Shown here piece after piece: positions 61,014 through 64,000 of a stretch of DNA of 64,000 nt; the first letter of the stretch is position 1, and every line of letters starts with the position of its first letter. Both the position numbers and the translations under genes were made by a program. Source of the stretch: Caecitellus pseudoparvulus (taxonomy: Eukaryota > Protista > Bigyra: Bicosoecida). The notes beneath the pieces are model-generated. The model did not search any database, had not been told where the DNA came from, and saw nothing but the letters and a program-made list of their open reading frames with translations. The DNA lies in contig CBFFRQ010000030.1 of NCBI GenBank assembly GCA_965644315.1, positions 62,001 through 126,000 of the forward strand, in the 5' to 3' direction.

Positions 61014-63937
61014 TCACACACCACCCTCCCGGACATGGTCCGACGACGAAGCGGCAACCTGCGCAGCCAGGTCCCATGCTGCCGTGAGGGAGTCACACAC
61101 CTTGTCGGGGAAGTGGTCCCGCACCATGTGGCGTGACACAGCCACACCCGTCAACGCGAAGTCGCGACTGTCCGCCCAAACACACGTGTACACCGTGCGG
61201 GCAGCCTTGCTGCAGCAATCGCCGGTGTGTGTGAGGGGTGTGGTCAGTGGCTCCTGCCCCAGCAAGCCAAGGCCTGCTGTCGCCTCCTCAGCCACGTGCG
61301 GCTGGGCGTGCTGCTGCCGCCCCACGGGCACAATGTGCAAGGTGCGGCCGCCCATGAGCAGCGGCATGGCCATGGGGTCTGCCTCTTGGTCATGCTGAAC
61401 GTGTGGGTCCCTGGCGTGGTGGTGCATGTCCTCCAGCACCAGCTCCCGAGCGGCGTCCCACTGCCCCCCAAACACCCGGCTCGCGTCCGTGGCGGCGATG
61501 TCACAGCCACACACCCGGCCGGCTGGGGGCTCCTCTGTCGGGACTGACCGCACAACGCCCCACCCCGCCTGCACCTCCTCCTCCTCCTCAGGCGTACACC
61601 AGTGCAGACCACACCACCGGGCGCCAATGCGGCGCAGTGCTGCCGCCAAGTTGGACCGCAGCAGCACAGTCTTGGAGACGGTGGCCAGGGGCAGCAGCTG
61701 CCGCACCATGCCAAAGGTGCGGCGCATGCTGGTCAGGGACATGCGGGAGACGAGGTCGCGGCCGAGGGTGAGGGATGTCAGGACGGGCCGCAGGGCCTGC
61801 GCCAGGGGGGGTGACACCAGGGCGAGGGGGGGGGAGTACGCCAGCGCCTGCAGCTCGGGGAAAGAGGGCTTCAACATGAGGGACAGCAGGGTGGCCACGC
61901 CAGCGCCCAGGGAGTGCCCCACCACCATGATGCGAGGGCTCCCGCTGGGCCCGCCGCCCACTGTGCTGCCTGTCAACGCCGCCGCCACTCCGACAGGGAT
62001 GTGGCTGGACAGTGCGTACCCGCCCGTGGTTGTGCTGCGCAGCACTTGCACATGGAGCAAGTGCTCCAGCACAGACTTTGCAGCCGTCCACATGCCCTCA
62101 TGGGCCCACCAGTGGGCAGTGACTCGAGCCTCCGCAGGCACCCCCACGCCACGAGGGGACGCTCCGCCCTCAGCCTCTGGCACGTGCTCTTGCAGCCATG
62201 CAGCATACCTCTCTGCTGCAACCTCGCGTTCCAGGCACTTCGGCACGGCAGCTGCGTCTGTGATGCAGTCCTCTACGCTGAGTGTGCCGCGCACAGAGAT
62301 GACCAGCGCATTCGTGGTGGCGTCGTACACACACACGAAGGCGGGGTGCAGCCACTGCAGCGACCAGCTGGCATGCACCAACTTCCACGGCTGGGAGGAC
62401 GAGCTGGGCTGGTTAGACACCAGGCCCAGCAGCTCGCTCTTCACAGCCCGGTGGAACGCGCCTGGGCGGTGGAGGGGGGAGGCCCCCAGCTCCCCCATGC
62501 GCAGGCGCAGAGCAGCCCGGTGCAAACCCGTGCTATCCCCCTGCACTCTGTGCGACGGCAGGCAGCCACAGGCCTCGCAGGCACCGCAGGCGCAGCAGCT
62601 GCACAGGGGCGCAGGAGGCACACCGCCTGGCGCCGCCCCCCCAGCACAGTGAGCCGACAGCTCACTGCCTTGCAGTGCACAGCACCCCCCGGCGATGTGC
62701 TCGAACGTGTACAGGTGCCAGCCGTACGCCGCCAGCATGTGCGCCGCGAAGTGCCGCGCCAGGGCCAGCACCTGCAGGTCGCTCCACGGCGTCCCCTGCC
62801 ACCCAGGCCTGTCCAGTACCGCAACTGCCCGTGCCCCTTGCGGCTCTCGGACGTACTGCAGCGAAACAGACCGTGGGAGCACGACGTCTGACCACCACAG
62901 CTGGGCGTGCACGGAGGCGTCATCTGCGACATCAGAGCCGTGCCTGGGCCCAGACAGCTCCTCGCTGGCCACGGAGCCACTGGCACCTTCACCGCCCTCC
63001 CTGCCCAGCCCTAGCTCGCGGGGCAGCAGACCCTGCAGGGCGCCTGACTGCTCCAGACTGCGCTGCACGGATCGCAGCAGGAGCATGCCGGCGATGACGT
63101 CAGACAGCGTCAGCCGAGCAGCCTCCACATCCGCGAGGGTGCTGGCCATGACCCGGCTGACGATGCTGAGCGTGTCCACAGTGCTCAGCACGCCCCCGCC
63201 GCCTTGCTGCTGGCCGTTGCCGTACGCTGTCGCCCGCCGCGTCAGGCAGCGTGTGCACACGTCACAGCGTCGGGTCCACTTCTCAGCGTTGTAGGTCAGC
63301 CCCTGCACTCCCGACTGTGCTGAGCGGCCGGAGCCGGCCAGGCACAGGATGGGCAGCAGCACCAGCCACTCGCCCAGCACGTGCAGGGCAGTGATCCAGC
63401 AAAACACCTGCAGCAGCACCCACTGAGGATTCCCACGTCCCAACACGGCAGCACAAGCGCCGGTCGGGGCTGTGAACAGCTGTGGAGCGGGGGGGAGGAG
63501 GCATGTGCAGCAGCCGAGAGAAGCAGTGCAGTAAGGGGCCAATGCAAGAGGGGGTAAAGGGGGGCACTCACGGCGACAGCGCCGCCGATGGCGAGGCAGG
63601 TGAGCAGGCCAGCTGAAACGAGGTGCGTCACAAACAGTCCTGGCACCAGGCGTCGAGGGGCTGGGTTCCCCAACGTGCCCCGTGCTGAGTTGCAGGAGAG
63701 TGCTGTGTCCACAAAGACGCCTAGCAGCATGACTGCCAGCGCGGTGTAGAGCACGGCCGACACTGTGGCAGTGCAGTGCGCCGTGCCAGAGTGCGACTCG
63801 GACAGACCCTGCAACACCACGACCACCACCAGCGTCAACCCCGACAGCAGGCGCCACGCGGCATTGCAGGAGCCAGTGGTGACAAAATCGTCCGAGGCAA
63901 ACGCCGTGTAACGGCCGCAAAGCTGCATTTGCGGCAT
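61014..63937 (-). CDS. sn1-diacylglycerol lipase-like protein (about 4 TM plus class 3 lipase domain)
   Basis: MPQMQLCGR..ASDD N-terminus as in DAGL; VISVRGTLS..D, AHEGM, GHSLGAG nucleophile, DLVSRMS, DHFPD. Intron 63480-63571. Confidence 0.88.
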
Positions 63938-64000
63938 GGCGCTTCGTAGCAAGTCCTTGCGGCAAGGCAGCCAAGCCCTGGCACGCCGCTGAGGGACGCA

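Overview
Compact, GC-rich eukaryotic nuclear DNA, probably from a flagellated protist (SAR/stramenopile-like is my inference, not a database result). About 23 protein-coding genes are packed with intergenic gaps of tens to a few hundred bp. I resolved about 28 short GT-AG introns by hand (mostly 63-105 nt, mainly near 5' ends). Genes include eIF4E, mitochondrial-type ThrRS, plant-type CCR4, a SAPS-like protein, MRPL12, insulysin, an NHL propeller, an L-type lectin, WDR90, MTG1, an LRR protein, DNase II, a SETD3-like methyltransferase, COX16, a UBL-domain protein, an ankyrin-TPR-J protein, an NDUFB2-like subunit, a Clu-domain protein and a DAG-lipase-like protein. The standout accessory locus is 31.2-41.6 kb: three tandem intronless paralogs encoding signal peptide + Cys-rich RCC1/CRINKLY4-like head + variable-length S/T/P stalk + TM + near-identical basic tail. 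They show mosaic homogenisation, and two copies are followed by a co-duplicated stub of the neighbouring LRR gene. Two recurrent non-coding motifs stand out: (G)CAATGCA just after stop codons (candidate non-canonical polyadenylation signal) and CAATTTCCGCA near 5' ends. A GAA/TTC-loop hairpin and palindrome cluster lies upstream of eIF4E. I recognised no tRNA, rRNA, CRISPR array or transposase. Positions 1-1350 are unresolved.
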